Positions 52,683 through 62,920 are shown, numbered from the stretch's first letter. The stretch is 64,000 nt of DNA from an uncultured Spirochaetota bacterium (GCA_963745235.1 CAVUXE010000022.1:1-64000), one strand, 5' to 3'. The notes: generated by a model not told the origin, from the letters alone. Numbers and translations: made by a program.

Positions 52683-54627
52683 GTGCGTCGTGAAAGCCGT
52701 ACCGTTCCAGCGGATGAAAGTTCCGCCCGGGTAAGCGTCGGAGCGCCCGGTAGCAGGGTCCAGTCAGAGGCCGAAATGTCTCTGACCGAGCGGACCGACA
52801 AAAGCCTCCAAGGAGGAAGCAACACAGCGGGCCGCAACGCGAGTGAACGCCGAGCAAGCCTCGTCAGAGTATCAGCCGAAAGGTGTTCAGGGTGGCCGAG
52901 CCGATCATGCCACGGCGAAGGCAACAGACAACGGACCGAATCCGAAGTGGACGTTGGACGCCCTCGGGGTATTGGCGGCGGCACGTTGTGACGGAATGGT
53001 AGGGAACACGAGAGGCCCTCCCTGGCGGCCCACGTCGGGCAAAGACCACGCGTATAAGGGGGAGACCGAAAGCGCGCGGAGTCAGGAGGGAGTCCGAGGG
53101 GTTCGTAGTACCTGAGAAGGCGGTGAGAAGCCGCTGGAGGGAAGGGACCCTGCTTTGAGTGTGCTGGGGCGTGGAGGTAAGCGCGAGGGCATGGTCGAAA
53201 GACCCAACAACCCCGAAGAAAAAGTGCGAGAACTCCAGCGACGGCTATGGACATGTGCCAAGCGGAGCAGGAGCCGACGTTTTCACGCGCTGTATGACCG
53301 GATCTGGCGGGGTGACGTCCTGCTGGAGGCGTGGAGACGGGTGAAGGCGAACGGAGGTGCCGCGGGGGTGGATGAGGTGTCCATCCGCGACATCGAAGAG
53401 CGAGGGGCGGGAGAGTATCTGAAGGAGATACAGAACGTCCTGAAGGCAGGCAGGTATCGACCGTCACCGGTGAGACGGCGATACATCCCCAAGGGGGACG
53501 GGAGGCAGAGGCCGCTGGGGATACCGACGGTGAGGGATCGCGTGGTGCAGATGGCAACCAAGCTGGTGATCGAACCCATATTTGAAGCCGACTTTCAACC
53601 GTGCAGTTGGGGGTTTCGACCGAGAAGGGGAGCGACGCAGGCAATGGAAGTCATTCGCGAGGCGGGCAACCGAGGGCATAACTGGGTGCTGGACGCCGAT
53701 ATTCGGGATTACTTCGGAAGCATCGACCATGGGAAGCTCATGGTGTTGGTGAAGGAGCGGATCTCGGACAGGCGAGTCCTGAAACTGATCGGTCAGTGGC
53801 TGGCGGCGGGCGTGATGGAAGATGGGACGGTGAGGGAAACGCTTGCGGGAACCCCGCAAGGCGGAGTGATCTCGCCGCTGTTGTCCAACATCTACCTTGG
53901 CTTTCTGGATCGCATCTGGGAGAGCAAGTGCAAACACCTTGGAATCCTGGTGCGTTACGCTGACGACTTCGTGGTGCTGTGCAAGAACAAGTCGCAGTGC
54001 AAGGAAGCCCTCAGGCGCGTAAAGATTGTGATGGAACGCCTGGGGCTGGAAATGCATCCCGAGAAAACGCGCGTAGTGAATCTGGCACTGGGTAAGGAGG
54101 GCTTTACGTTTCTTGGGTGGACGGTGCGCAAGTGCAGGAGCATTCAACGCAACCCACGCTGGCATTTCGTGCAGCGCTGGCCGTCGCCGAAGGCTATGAA
54201 GCGAATCCGATCCCGCGTGCATGAGATCACTGAGGCGCGAGGAAGGCAAGCGAAGGGCATAGGGGAGCTGATCGACAAGCTAAACCCGGTGCTTCGTGGA
54301 TGGGGCAACTACTTCCGAACGGGCAACGCGGACCGAGAGTTCAACCGAGTGGATGACTACGTGTACGGCCGTGTGCTCCAATGGCAGTGGCGACGGGGCG
54401 GACAGCGAACGCGCTTCCGTTTCGACCGATGGCCCCAGAAACGCCTGTACGAGATGGGCCTGCAGCGACTGAGGGGGACTACGCGATATCCCCAGGCAGC
54501 CACTCCGCGCAAGCACGGTCAGGAGAACTCATCGGTAAGCTGTGTGCCGGAAAACGGCACGCACAGTTTGAAAGGAGGTGCTGGGAACGGGTCGCTCTGA
54601 GCGATACCGCACCAGCTATCGACCAAT
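52683..54627 (+). mobile_element. Group II intron with RT/maturase ORF
   Basis: 5' GTGCG; domain V AAGCTGTGTGCCGGAAAACGGCACGCACAGTTT (54537-54569); domain VI stem; 3' end ...CCAAT; boundaries uncertain by 1 nt. Confidence 0.92.
53191..54600 (+). CDS. ltrA: Group II intron reverse transcriptase/maturase, no endonuclease domain
   Basis: RPLGIPTVRDR, GTPQGGVISPLLSN, RYADD, FLG, X-domain LRGWGNYF. Confidence 0.96.
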   Translation: MVERPNNPEEKVRELQRRLWTCAKRSRSRRFHALYDRIWRGDVLLEAWRRVKANGGAAGVDEVSIRDIEERGAGEYLKEIQNVLKAGRYRPSPVRRRYIPKGDGRQRPLGIPTVRDRVVQMATKLVIEPIFEADFQPCSWGFRPRRGATQAMEVIREAGNRGHNWVLDADIRDYFGSIDHGKLMVLVKERISDRRVLKLIGQWLAAGVMEDGTVRETLAGTPQGGVISPLLSNIYLGFLDRIWESKCKHLGILVRYADDFVVLCKNKSQCKEALRRVKIVMERLGLEMHPEKTRVVNLALGKEGFTFLGWTVRKCRSIQRNPRWHFVQRWPSPKAMKRIRSRVHEITEARGRQAKGIGELIDKLNPVLRGWGNYFRTGNADREFNRVDDYVYGRVLQWQWRRGGQRTRFRFDRWPQKRLYEMGLQRLRGTTRYPQAATPRKHGQENSSVSCVPENGTHSLKGGAGNGSL

Positions 54628-55639
54628 GAAAGCCCTCTTTATCGGCGGCACCGGCCTCATCAGCTCAGCGGTTTCCCGGCTGGCCGTGGAGCGCGGGGTG
54701 GAGCTCACGCTCCTCAACCGCGGCCAGAAGGGAGAGTTCTTCCCTCGCGGCGCCCGGCAGATCGTCGCTGATCACCGGGACCCCGAGGCCGTGCGGAAAG
54801 CGCTCCAGGGACAGACCTTCGACATCGTGGCGGACTGGATAGCTTTCACGCCGGAGCAGGCCGCCCGGGATGTCGAGCTTTTCTCCGGCCGCGCGGGACA
54901 GTTCATCTTCATCAGCTCCGCGAGCGTCTACCAGAAGCCGCCGTCCAACTACCTGATCACGGAATCCACGCCCCTTGCAAACCCGTACTGGCAGTACAGC
55001 CGGGACAAGATCGCGTGCGAGGACCTGCTGATGCAGGAGCACCGCGCGAGCGGGTTCCCGCTGACCATCGTCCGTCCGAGCCACACCTACGGCGTCACCC
55101 AGATCCCCGCCGCCGTGAGCAGCTGGGGCCACCCCTGGACCCTCGTTGACCGCATGAGGCGCGGGCGGAAGGTCGTCGTGCCGGGAGACGGGACCTCCCT
55201 ATGGACGTTGACGCACAATTCAGACTTCGCGAAGGGATTCGTCGGGCTGATGGGGAACATCAGGGCCATTGGCCACGCCTTCCATATCACCTCCGACGAA
55301 GTCCTGACCTGGAACCAGGTCTACCGCCTCATTGGCGCGGCAGCAGGGGCGCAGCCGGACATCGTTCACCTCAGCTCGGATTTCATCGGGGCGTTCGACG
55401 CCGAACAGGCGGCGGGCCTCATCGGGGACAAGGCCAATTGCGGGGTGTTCGACAACGCGAAGATCCGCGCCTTTGTGCCCGGTTACGTTGCCACGGTCCC
55501 GTTTTCCGAAGGTATTCGGGAGACGGTGCAGTGGCTCGAAAAGCATCCTGAACGCTGCACCATCGACGAGGCCTTCAACGCCGTCTGTGACCGCATGATC
55601 CGGGCGAACGAAGCGGCGCTCAGGGCAGCCGGGAGCTGA
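54626..55639 (+). CDS. NAD-dependent epimerase/dehydratase (extended SDR); intron host gene
   Basis: MKALFIGGTGLIS, FISSASVY, YSRDK. Confidence 0.92.
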   Translation: MKALFIGGTGLISSAVSRLAVERGVELTLLNRGQKGEFFPRGARQIVADHRDPEAVRKALQGQTFDIVADWIAFTPEQAARDVELFSGRAGQFIFISSASVYQKPPSNYLITESTPLANPYWQYSRDKIACEDLLMQEHRASGFPLTIVRPSHTYGVTQIPAAVSSWGHPWTLVDRMRRGRKVVVPGDGTSLWTLTHNSDFAKGFVGLMGNIRAIGHAFHITSDEVLTWNQVYRLIGAAAGAQPDIVHLSSDFIGAFDAEQAAGLIGDKANCGVFDNAKIRAFVPGYVATVPFSEGIRETVQWLEKHPERCTIDEAFNAVCDRMIRANEAALRAAGS

Positions 55640-55648
55640 GCGCCTTTC

Positions 55649-56847
55649 TCACCGGACCTCGGCGCCCCGGCGCGCGGCGGTCTCCTGGTTGACGTGAACC
55701 ACCTTTGCCGGCGGAAAGCCGTTGAAGTACGTCGCGGAGGCGTGGCTGTATGCGCCGATCATGTCGCTGTACACGAGATCCCCGCGGCGCAGCGACGGGA
55801 GATTCTCCGCCATGGAGATCACGTCCAGCGCGTCGCAGGTTGGACCGAACACCGCGCTTATCTGCGTCGGGCCGCTCGTGAATGCTTTCACGGGGTACTG
55901 GCAGTGGTCGAAGATGATGCCCGAGTAGGTGTGGTAGACCCCGTCGTTGATGTAGTAGCACTTCTTGCCGTCCCGAACGGCGGTCCCGATCACCTCCGAG
56001 ATGGCATACCCCGAGGAGGCAACGAGAAAACGGCCGGGCTCCGCGAGGACCTCGATATCCTTCGGAAAGAGCCGGTCCAGCTCGGAGTTGATGATGGCGG
56101 CAAGCTCGTGGAAGGGCTTGACCGTTTCGTTGTACGCGACGGGGAAGCCGCCGCCGATGTCGATGAGGTTCATGGCCGTATATCCGCGGTCCCGAGCCTC
56201 CTGGAAAACGTTCGCGCTGAGAGTCAGCGCCTGCACGTAGTTGCCGAAGTTGGTGGTCTGGCTGCCCACGTGGAAGCTGATGCCCTCAACGGTCAGCCCG
56301 GCGCGCTCGGCCTCCAGGATGAGATCCACCGCTTCCCCCGGGGAAGCGCCGAACTTTGATGACAGCTCCACCATTGCCCCCGTGTTCGGGACACGCAGCC
56401 GGAGGGCGAGCCCCGCATGGGGCGCAAACTCCTTGATCTTCTGGATCTCGTCCGCGTTGTCGAAGGTGACCAGCGGCTTGTATTGGTCCAGCTCCGCCAG
56501 GGTCTGCGGCGTCTTGGTCGGGTTGGCGTAGATGATCTTGTCCCAGATCCAGTCCTGCCGCTCCCTGGCAGGCATCTTTGCGATGTTGTCATAGACGATC
56601 ATGAACTCCGGCATGGATGCCACGTCGAAGCTTCCCCCTCCTGGAAAAGGGTGCGCACGATCTCCGGGTCAGGGTTCGCCTTGACGGCGAAATAGGCCTG
56701 GACGCGCGGCAGATGCTGCCGGAAAGTGCGATAGCTCGCGCGGATCTCGTCATGATCAACGACGAACAAGGGTGTCCCGTACTCGCGGGCGAGTCCCTGC
56801 AGGCGGTCCAGAGAGATCAAGAAAAGGCTCCTGTTTTGATCACTCAC
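55649..56847 (-). CDS. Ornithine decarboxylase (fold-type III PLP), frameshift ~56635
   Basis: FAVKANP, FDVAS across the shift, SFHVGSQ, DIGGGF, EPGRF, GPTCD. Confidence 0.88.
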
Positions 56848-58297
56848 CCTCCCTGATGAGAAAGTTCCTGAATTGCCACGGGTCCGCGAGGTCGAAGTCC
56901 GGGTTGTTGTATCCCTCGAAAGTCCTGGGAATCTCCTGCAGAGGGGTCCAGTCCGACGGGGTGGAGATGAACCGCCCCAGATACGGACGGGCAATATCCA
57001 GGACGAAGTCATGGGGCAGGTCCTCCGGCACCATCACGCCCTTGCGGGGATTCTGGATCATCCAGCTCGCCGCCGCGACCACGGAAATAGCCACCTGCAT
57101 CGTGGTTGCGTTGTGGTGGGGCAGCAGCCGGCGCGACTCTTCGACGCTCAAGTCGCTTCCGATCCACCAGGAGGTGAACGGATGGCCCATGAGCAGCGCG
57201 CCCAGGGCGTCGCTCCCCGTCGTTACCTCGTCGGAGACGATCCGCTGCCGGGACTGCAGCGTGTAGTTGTTGCCGCGCAGCTCCGTCAACGAGGCAATTG
57301 CGCTGTCGCAGGGGCAGTAGGCGTAGTGGACGGTGGGACGATAGGCTGGCCTGCCATTTTCCGTAACAGTCAGCCGCTCCGAGAGGGTGAATGCCTCTCC
57401 ATGGCGAATGACCATGCCGTGGATTGGCCCCGAGGGGACCCAGGACCGCACCCAGGTATTGATGCCCATGCGGGCCAGGCAAATCTGGTTGCGCGGGCCC
57501 TCCGCATGCTGGAAGGCAAGCGGCGGGAGCCGCTTTTCGTGGGTGCCCCATCCCATTTCGGCGGTGGTGGTGCCTTCCTCGTGGAACCCCTCGACGCTCC
57601 ACGTGTTGACGAACTCATCCACCGCCTTCGGAACGCTCGAAAGCTGCGTGTCCCGCTCGCTGACGTGAATGACCTTGACGCCAAGCGACCGGGCGAGGTG
57701 GTTGAAGCTTCGGGACTCCAGGTGCTGCCGGAGGGCATCACCGGCCTTCCCGTTCACCTTGCCGTCGGACAGCGCGGCCTCCGCGATGTCGATGAGACCC
57801 TGCTTGGTGAAATGGCTGATCAGCCCCGGGTTGGCTCCATGCTCCAGCACGGCAGTCGGGCCCGGCTCCGCCCAGCGCGCAAGCCTCTCGCGGAGCTTCA
57901 TGTGACGCCAGTACAACGTCCTCTCCGTCGGGGGCGTGGCGCCGCTGACGGCATAGGGATCCCACACTTCCGTGGAGGTGTTGACGTACAGGACGCCGTG
58001 GTCGTGGCACCATTGCAGGATCTCACCCGCATCGATGTTCCATGCAAGGTCGACAACCAGGTCACCCTGCGAGACATGCTTCCCCAGGAGCGCGCCGAGG
58101 TTGTCCGGCGTCACCCGGCTCTGCACCACGGTTGCCCCCTTTGCGGTCCATTCCCGCAGGCGGGGGGCCCGATCCTCGAAGTCGATGACCGTGAGCTTCC
58201 CGGGAGCGGTGTCCAGGTGACGGAAGAGGATGGGGAGCGTGCATTCGGCAACGGCGCCATACCCGAGGAAAAGAATTCTGTTTGGGAAATGAGTCAT
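56840..58297 (-). CDS. hss: Homospermidine synthase
   Basis: LGYGAV, HGANPGLISHF, NTWSVEGF, HGEA, YRPTVHYAYCP, NATTMQV. Confidence 0.88.
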   Translation of the reverse strand: MTHFPNRILFLGYGAVAECTLPILFRHLDTAPGKLTVIDFEDRAPRLREWTAKGATVVQSRVTPDNLGALLGKHVSQGDLVVDLAWNIDAGEILQWCHDHGVLYVNTSTEVWDPYAVSGATPPTERTLYWRHMKLRERLARWAEPGPTAVLEHGANPGLISHFTKQGLIDIAEAALSDGKVNGKAGDALRQHLESRSFNHLARSLGVKVIHVSERDTQLSSVPKAVDEFVNTWSVEGFHEEGTTTAEMGWGTHEKRLPPLAFQHAEGPRNQICLARMGINTWVRSWVPSGPIHGMVIRHGEAFTLSERLTVTENGRPAYRPTVHYAYCPCDSAIASLTELRGNNYTLQSRQRIVSDEVTTGSDALGALLMGHPFTSWWIGSDLSVEESRRLLPHHNATTMQVAISVVAAASWMIQNPRKGVMVPEDLPHDFVLDIARPYLGRFISTPSDWTPLQEIPRTFEGYNNPDFDLADPWQFRNFLIREGE

Positions 58298-58354
58298 GAT
58301 ACGCGGCTGCCCCCTCTCCTGCGCTGCTCGTGTCTCACGGCTTATCAGTGACGC

Positions 58355-58383
58355 ACTATAGGAACATTCACGGGGCTTTGCAA
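58355..58383 (-). promoter_or_regulatory. Putative sigma70 promoter of hss-odc
   Basis: Minus strand TTGCAA-17 nt-TATAGT. Confidence 0.6.
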
Positions 58384-58425
58384 TAGGGAAGGAACTGTCT
58401 TCACAGGACCGGGCGCGACCCGCCG

Positions 58426-60873
58426 TCAGTACGTGTCGCGCAGGTGCATGACGGACAGCGCGCGCCTGAGCTTCTCCAGCGTGACGGCCTTGCGCGGCGT
58501 GAACTCAATGACCCGCGGCGCGGAGGGCAGGAGAACAAAACAGTTGTCGGAGAACTCTCCGGGGATGCCGCGAGCCGTGAGCGCAACATGGAATGCCGGC
58601 CTGTCAGCAGCAAGTCGGACGGAGAATCCGTCCTCCGTGGTCCCGAAGCAGTCCATCGTCACCTTTGCCCGCGCCAGATCGCAGCGCTTCGGCTCGGTCA
58701 GGAACAGCTCGCTTTCGACCTCGGTTGATCCCTGCACGAGGGAGACGTGCATGAACGCCTTCTCTGGAGCGGCGCCCAGGTCCGCCAGCCTGTGGCTCTT
58801 CACGAGCTTTGCGCTTCCCGCGGGCGCCCGGACGGTCTTCTCTTCCCGACGAATGACATTCCCTTGGAAGTCGAGGAGGGAAATGACGGCCATGCCGACC
58901 GCTTCCGTCGGAAGGTCGTTCGTAATCCAGGTCTCCACCGTTTCATGCAGCAGATGCGCGGAGACAAGCACGGGAGCGAAGAACCGCTTTGCCGCGTAGT
59001 GCAGGAGCTTCCAGGAGCCGTCGTATTCGATGGAAGACCACGAGCAGACGGGCCAGGTGTCGTTGAGCTGCCAGTACAGCGTGCCCATGCAGGTGGGCCG
59101 CATGCTCCGCCAGTACTCCACCGCGGTCCTGATGGCCACCGCCTGCTGCACCTGGCTGAGGTACACGAAACTTTCGAATCCTTCGGGCATCCGGAAATAG
59201 CGCGTGAACATCTCCGTGATGATCGAATTGCCCCGGGGATGACGCTGGTGATGCTCCATCACGGGGGAGGTGACGTTCAGGTCCCCGGGTGCCGCGTACG
59301 AGCGGATGGTGTCAATGGAGGGAAAGGACTGGTAGCCGAACTCGGAGCAGAATCGCGGAGTGACCTCGAGGAAGGCGCTGAAAGGCTTTCCCTCGTGCCA
59401 GACGCTCCAGAAGTGCATGTCGCCGCGCCTGTCATCGTGCCAGTTGTCCGAGTAGTCTCCCCGGCCCGCGGACGGGGAGCTGGGCCAGAAGGTCCGGGCG
59501 GGATCGCACTCGTCCACTGTCCGGCCGATGGCCCCCTCGTTGAGCCTGTCGTAGTCCACGAGGTAGCGGTCACGGTCCTGGCGCGACTCGGGAAACCACG
59601 TGAGGGCGCCGACGTCCTCGTTGTTCCCGCACCACAGGGCGATGCAGGGATGGTCGCGGAGGCGCTTCACCTGGTGGCGGATCTCCCCTTCCACGCTCGC
59701 AAGGAACTCCCGGGTTGCCGGATACAGCGCGCAGGAGAACATCATGTCCTGCCAGATGAGGATCCCTTTCTCGTCGCACAGGGAATAGAAGTCGTCGCTC
59801 TCGTACTTCCCGCCTCCCCAGACGCGGAGCATGTTCATGTGGGCGGCCGCGGCGCTGGAGAGCAGGTGCTCCAGCCGGTCGCGAGACTCGCGCTGGGGCA
59901 GGGCATCCTGGGGGATCCAGTTTGCGCCCTTGCAGAAGATGTCCACGCCGTTCACGCGGAAGGTCATGGAGAGCCCCTGGGCGTCCTCCCGGTTGACGAG
60001 TCGGAGGCTCCGAAGGCCGATGCGCTTCCAGACGGAATCGCCGCCCAGGCGGACCGACAGCTCGTAGAGGGATTGCGGCCCGTAGCCGTTGGGCCACCAC
60101 AAGGCCGGATTTTCGAGGGTGATGTCCAGGCTCGGGCTGTTGGAACCCCGGCTCAGCATCACCTTTCGGGAGGCTCTTTTCTCCCCGAGGGCCACCTCCA
60201 GCGTGTATGGACCTTCCCGTGCCGCGGTGCATTCAGCGAAGACCCGGACCGTGCATTTCCCTTTGCCGTGCTTCTGTTCGGTCGCGACGTAGTCTATCCT
60301 CACGTCGGAGAATGCCCCCAGGGAAATCTCACCCGCGATGCCGGCAACCATGAGGCAGGGCCCCCAATCCCACCCGCTGTGGCACTGGACCTTTCGGACA
60401 AGGTTCCGGTTCGGTGACTGCACGGGGTTTCTGACGTGGGGGACGGGGTAGGGGAGGCGCGCGGCCCGCTCGGTTGCCGTTCTCTCCGACGAGGCGAAGG
60501 GGACCCTGATGGTGTTCGCGCCGCTGCGGAGAAACGGCTTCGCATCGAAACAGAGCCGGGTGAACATGTTGTCAGAGCTGCCGATTTTCTTCCCGTTCAG
60601 GAAAACCTCGGCCACCGTGTCCAGGGAATCACAGGACAGGAAGACCTGGTCTTCCAACAGGAACGCGACGTCCACCTGGAATGACCTCTCGTAGGACCAG
60701 TCCTCCCGGCCGACCCACTGCACGGAAAGCTCGTTCATCCCGACGTAGGGGTCCGGAATCCTGCCGGCAGCCAGGAGCGCGGAGTGCGTGTCCCCCGGGA
60801 CGAGCGCCGGCACTCCTTCCTTCGTTCCAGCTCTCAGGAGCTGCCATTCTCCCGCCAGGTCGATTCTTCTCAA
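58426..60873 (-). CDS. Beta-mannosidase (GH2)
   Basis: GWDWGP, KGANWIP, NMLRVWGGG, WCGNNE, RFCSEFG, YWQLND. Confidence 0.93.
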   Translation of the reverse strand: MRRIDLAGEWQLLRAGTKEGVPALVPGDTHSALLAAGRIPDPYVGMNELSVQWVGREDWSYERSFQVDVAFLLEDQVFLSCDSLDTVAEVFLNGKKIGSSDNMFTRLCFDAKPFLRSGANTIRVPFASSERTATERAARLPYPVPHVRNPVQSPNRNLVRKVQCHSGWDWGPCLMVAGIAGEISLGAFSDVRIDYVATEQKHGKGKCTVRVFAECTAAREGPYTLEVALGEKRASRKVMLSRGSNSPSLDITLENPALWWPNGYGPQSLYELSVRLGGDSVWKRIGLRSLRLVNREDAQGLSMTFRVNGVDIFCKGANWIPQDALPQRESRDRLEHLLSSAAAAHMNMLRVWGGGKYESDDFYSLCDEKGILIWQDMMFSCALYPATREFLASVEGEIRHQVKRLRDHPCIALWCGNNEDVGALTWFPESRQDRDRYLVDYDRLNEGAIGRTVDECDPARTFWPSSPSAGRGDYSDNWHDDRRGDMHFWSVWHEGKPFSAFLEVTPRFCSEFGYQSFPSIDTIRSYAAPGDLNVTSPVMEHHQRHPRGNSIITEMFTRYFRMPEGFESFVYLSQVQQAVAIRTAVEYWRSMRPTCMGTLYWQLNDTWPVCSWSSIEYDGSWKLLHYAAKRFFAPVLVSAHLLHETVETWITNDLPTEAVGMAVISLLDFQGNVIRREEKTVRAPAGSAKLVKSHRLADLGAAPEKAFMHVSLVQGSTEVESELFLTEPKRCDLARAKVTMDCFGTTEDGFSVRLAADRPAFHVALTARGIPGEFSDNCFVLLPSAPRVIEFTPRKAVTLEKLRRALSVMHLRDTY

Positions 60874-61532
60874 TGGCCATGTCCCCGCGCGGCCGCCCAG
60901 CGCAGTCCCCGCGCAAGAACATCGCGGTAGCCCGAATGGGAAAGCACTTCTTCCCTGTGCCCGGGGGTGAAGCAGAAGACCCTGCCTCTGCCTGCCGTGT
61001 GGGCCCAGGCGGCCGCCGAGCTGCCATAGTCCGGCGAAAAGGATTCCAGGAGCACGGTGGTCTCCGCGGAGTCGATTCGCACGAAATACATTTCATCACG
61101 GATGGAAAACTCTTCGACGTCCCGCGATGATCTCGTGACGCGCAGGGGCGAGGCGCAGCCTGAACTCGGGATGCTCCACGGGATGGTTGATGAAGCTTCC
61201 ATGGATTGTGCGGCCGTAGTCCCCGTCGTGACCATACGAGGCAAGCCCGGCGTGAAGCGCCACCAGCGCCCCGCCGGAATGAACGAAGGACGCGAGAGCC
61301 TTCTGGTGATCATCCGTGAACCAGACCTTCGGGTCCGGGGGCGAATCCTGCCCTCTCGCGCCATGACGATCGCGTTCCACCGCGAGATCTCCTTCCAGGG
61401 CACTCCACGCGGGTCCGTGAAGACATCCATGGTGGCGTCCAAGTCTCGAATCACCGTTTCGAGGGCCCGACGCTGGGCATCCGGCGTGTGATAGAAGTCC
61501 CCCAGGAGCGAGAGAATTTGAATCTCCGGCAC
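60870..61532 (-). CDS. ThuA-like domain protein; two compensating frameshifts (~61340, ~61120)
   Basis: GDFYH; alternate frame FVHSGGALVALHAG...FINHP; then DEMYF, GRVFCFTPGH. Confidence 0.75.
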   Translation of the reverse strand: MPEIQILSLLGDFYHTPDAQRRALETVIRDLDATMDVFTDPRGVPWKEISRWNAIVMAREGRIRPRTRRSGSRMITRRLSRPSFIPAGRWWRFTPGLPRMVTTGTTAAQSMEASSTIPWSIPSSGCASPLRVTRSSRDVEEFSIRDEMYFVRIDSAETTVLLESFSPDYGSSAAAWAHTAGRGRVFCFTPGHREEVLSHSGYRDVLARGLRWAAARGHGH

Positions 61533-61544
61533 CCTGCCCGCTCC

Positions 61545-62315
61545 CTATGATTCCTGCGACCGCGCCAGGTAGTCCCAGCTTGCGCGAAGTGATTCCAGGG
61601 GATCCCCGGTTGTCCAGTGGTCGTCCTGCTCCACGATCAGCCACCGGCAGCCGACTTTCCAGGCAGCCGAGAGGATCCCGTCCCAGTCGAGGTTCCCCGC
61701 CCCGATCTCCTTGAACTTCGGCTTGCCCTCCGGGTCCACGCCATAGTCCTTGATGTGGAGCAGCTCTTCTCTTTGCGCGCAGCTCTCGATCCATCGCGCC
61801 GGGTCGACGCCGCCCGCCTGGAGCCAGTACGTGTCCAGCTCCACCTGCAGGAGCTTCGGATCCGTCCGCTCGAGGATCGTCTGCAGGATGGTCTTGCCGC
61901 CCAGTTTCTGCAGCTCGAGGTTGTGATTGTGGTAGGAGAAGATGATCCCCTCCGCCGCGAAGACCGCGCCGGCGCTCGACAGGAGGCTGCACAGGCGCGC
62001 GACTCCCTCGGGGCTCGAGAGATCCTGGTTCCGCGGGTAGGGATAGACGGCAGAGGCGCAGCCGAGGGTATGGAGGGTTGCTGCCACCGCGCCCGGGTCC
62101 CGCAGGATCAGCTCCGCGTCCGCGTGCGCGGCGCATGCCGCAATCCCAGTGTCATCCAGGATGCGCCTCACGTCGGCCGGGGGGATGGCCGCGAGGCCGG
62201 CAAGCTCCACGGCGTTGTAGCCGATCGAGCGCAGGGCCATGAGGGTGGAGGCAAGACCGCGCGCGTCCCCGCAGAGGGAGCGGACCGTCCAGAGCTGGGC
62301 TGCAAAGTTTTCCAT
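61545..62315 (-). CDS. Sugar phosphate isomerase/epimerase (xylose-isomerase-like TIM barrel)
   Basis: AQLWTVR, YHNH, ELDTYW, LHIKD, IVEQD. Confidence 0.92.
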   Translation of the reverse strand: MENFAAQLWTVRSLCGDARGLASTLMALRSIGYNAVELAGLAAIPPADVRRILDDTGIAACAAHADAELILRDPGAVAATLHTLGCASAVYPYPRNQDLSSPEGVARLCSLLSSAGAVFAAEGIIFSYHNHNLELQKLGGKTILQTILERTDPKLLQVELDTYWLQAGGVDPARWIESCAQREELLHIKDYGVDPEGKPKFKEIGAGNLDWDGILSAAWKVGCRWLIVEQDDHWTTGDPLESLRASWDYLARSQES

Positions 62316-62464
62316 AGCAGCACGGTAATGTCATTTTCCCGAACGGGTCAAGGTTGCGGATACAGGCCTGCAGAGAGCGACTTGCCGGCCCGAGGCACGG
62401 GCCGCCATTTTGTTGACCGGGCTTCGCGAGTGCTGTACCGTGCAGTGCAGGGGGAGGATCGAAG

Positions 62465-62920
62465 GTGAAGAAGAACATCCTCGGAACGAGCGCCGTCACG
62501 CAGATAGGGATTCTCGTGCGTGACATCGAAAAGGCCGCGCAGGTCTATGCCGACCTCCTCGGGGTGGACAAGCCCGAGATACGGACCACGGATGGCCCGG
62601 AAAAGTCCCAGGCCCGGTTCAAGGGAAAGCCCACCGCGGCCCGCGCGAAGCTTGCGTTCTTCGATATTGGCCCGTCCCTGCAGCTGGAGCTGATCCAGCC
62701 CGACGACCAGCGCAGCACGTGGAGGGAAGACCTCAGCCGCGCGGGGGAGGGTGTTCATCATATCGCATTCCAGATCAAAGGGATGAAGGAAAAGATCGAG
62801 GCGCTGGGAGCAGAGGGTCTTCCCCTCCTGCAGACGGGAGAGTACGCAGGCGGCCGTTATGCCTACCTGGATGGATCGAAAGACCTCAAGGTGACGATCG
62901 AGCTCCTGGAGAACGACTGA
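62465..62920 (+). CDS. VOC/glyoxalase family protein
   Basis: QIGILVRDIE, LELIQP, GEGVHHIAF, IELLE. Confidence 0.9.
   Translation: MKKNILGTSAVTQIGILVRDIEKAAQVYADLLGVDKPEIRTTDGPEKSQARFKGKPTAARAKLAFFDIGPSLQLELIQPDDQRSTWREDLSRAGEGVHHIAFQIKGMKEKIEALGAEGLPLLQTGEYAGGRYAYLDGSKDLKVTIELLEND

Noticed and set aside
53191-54600. RT as a retron, DGR or defence RT
   Set aside because: YADD RT with maturase X domain plus intron domains V/VI and a GTGCG start identify a group II intron; no template/variable repeat pair seen
56625-56645. Programmed polyamine-responsive frameshift in odc
   Set aside because: A one-G deficit in a G-run, like many other indels in the window; sequencing error is more parsimonious
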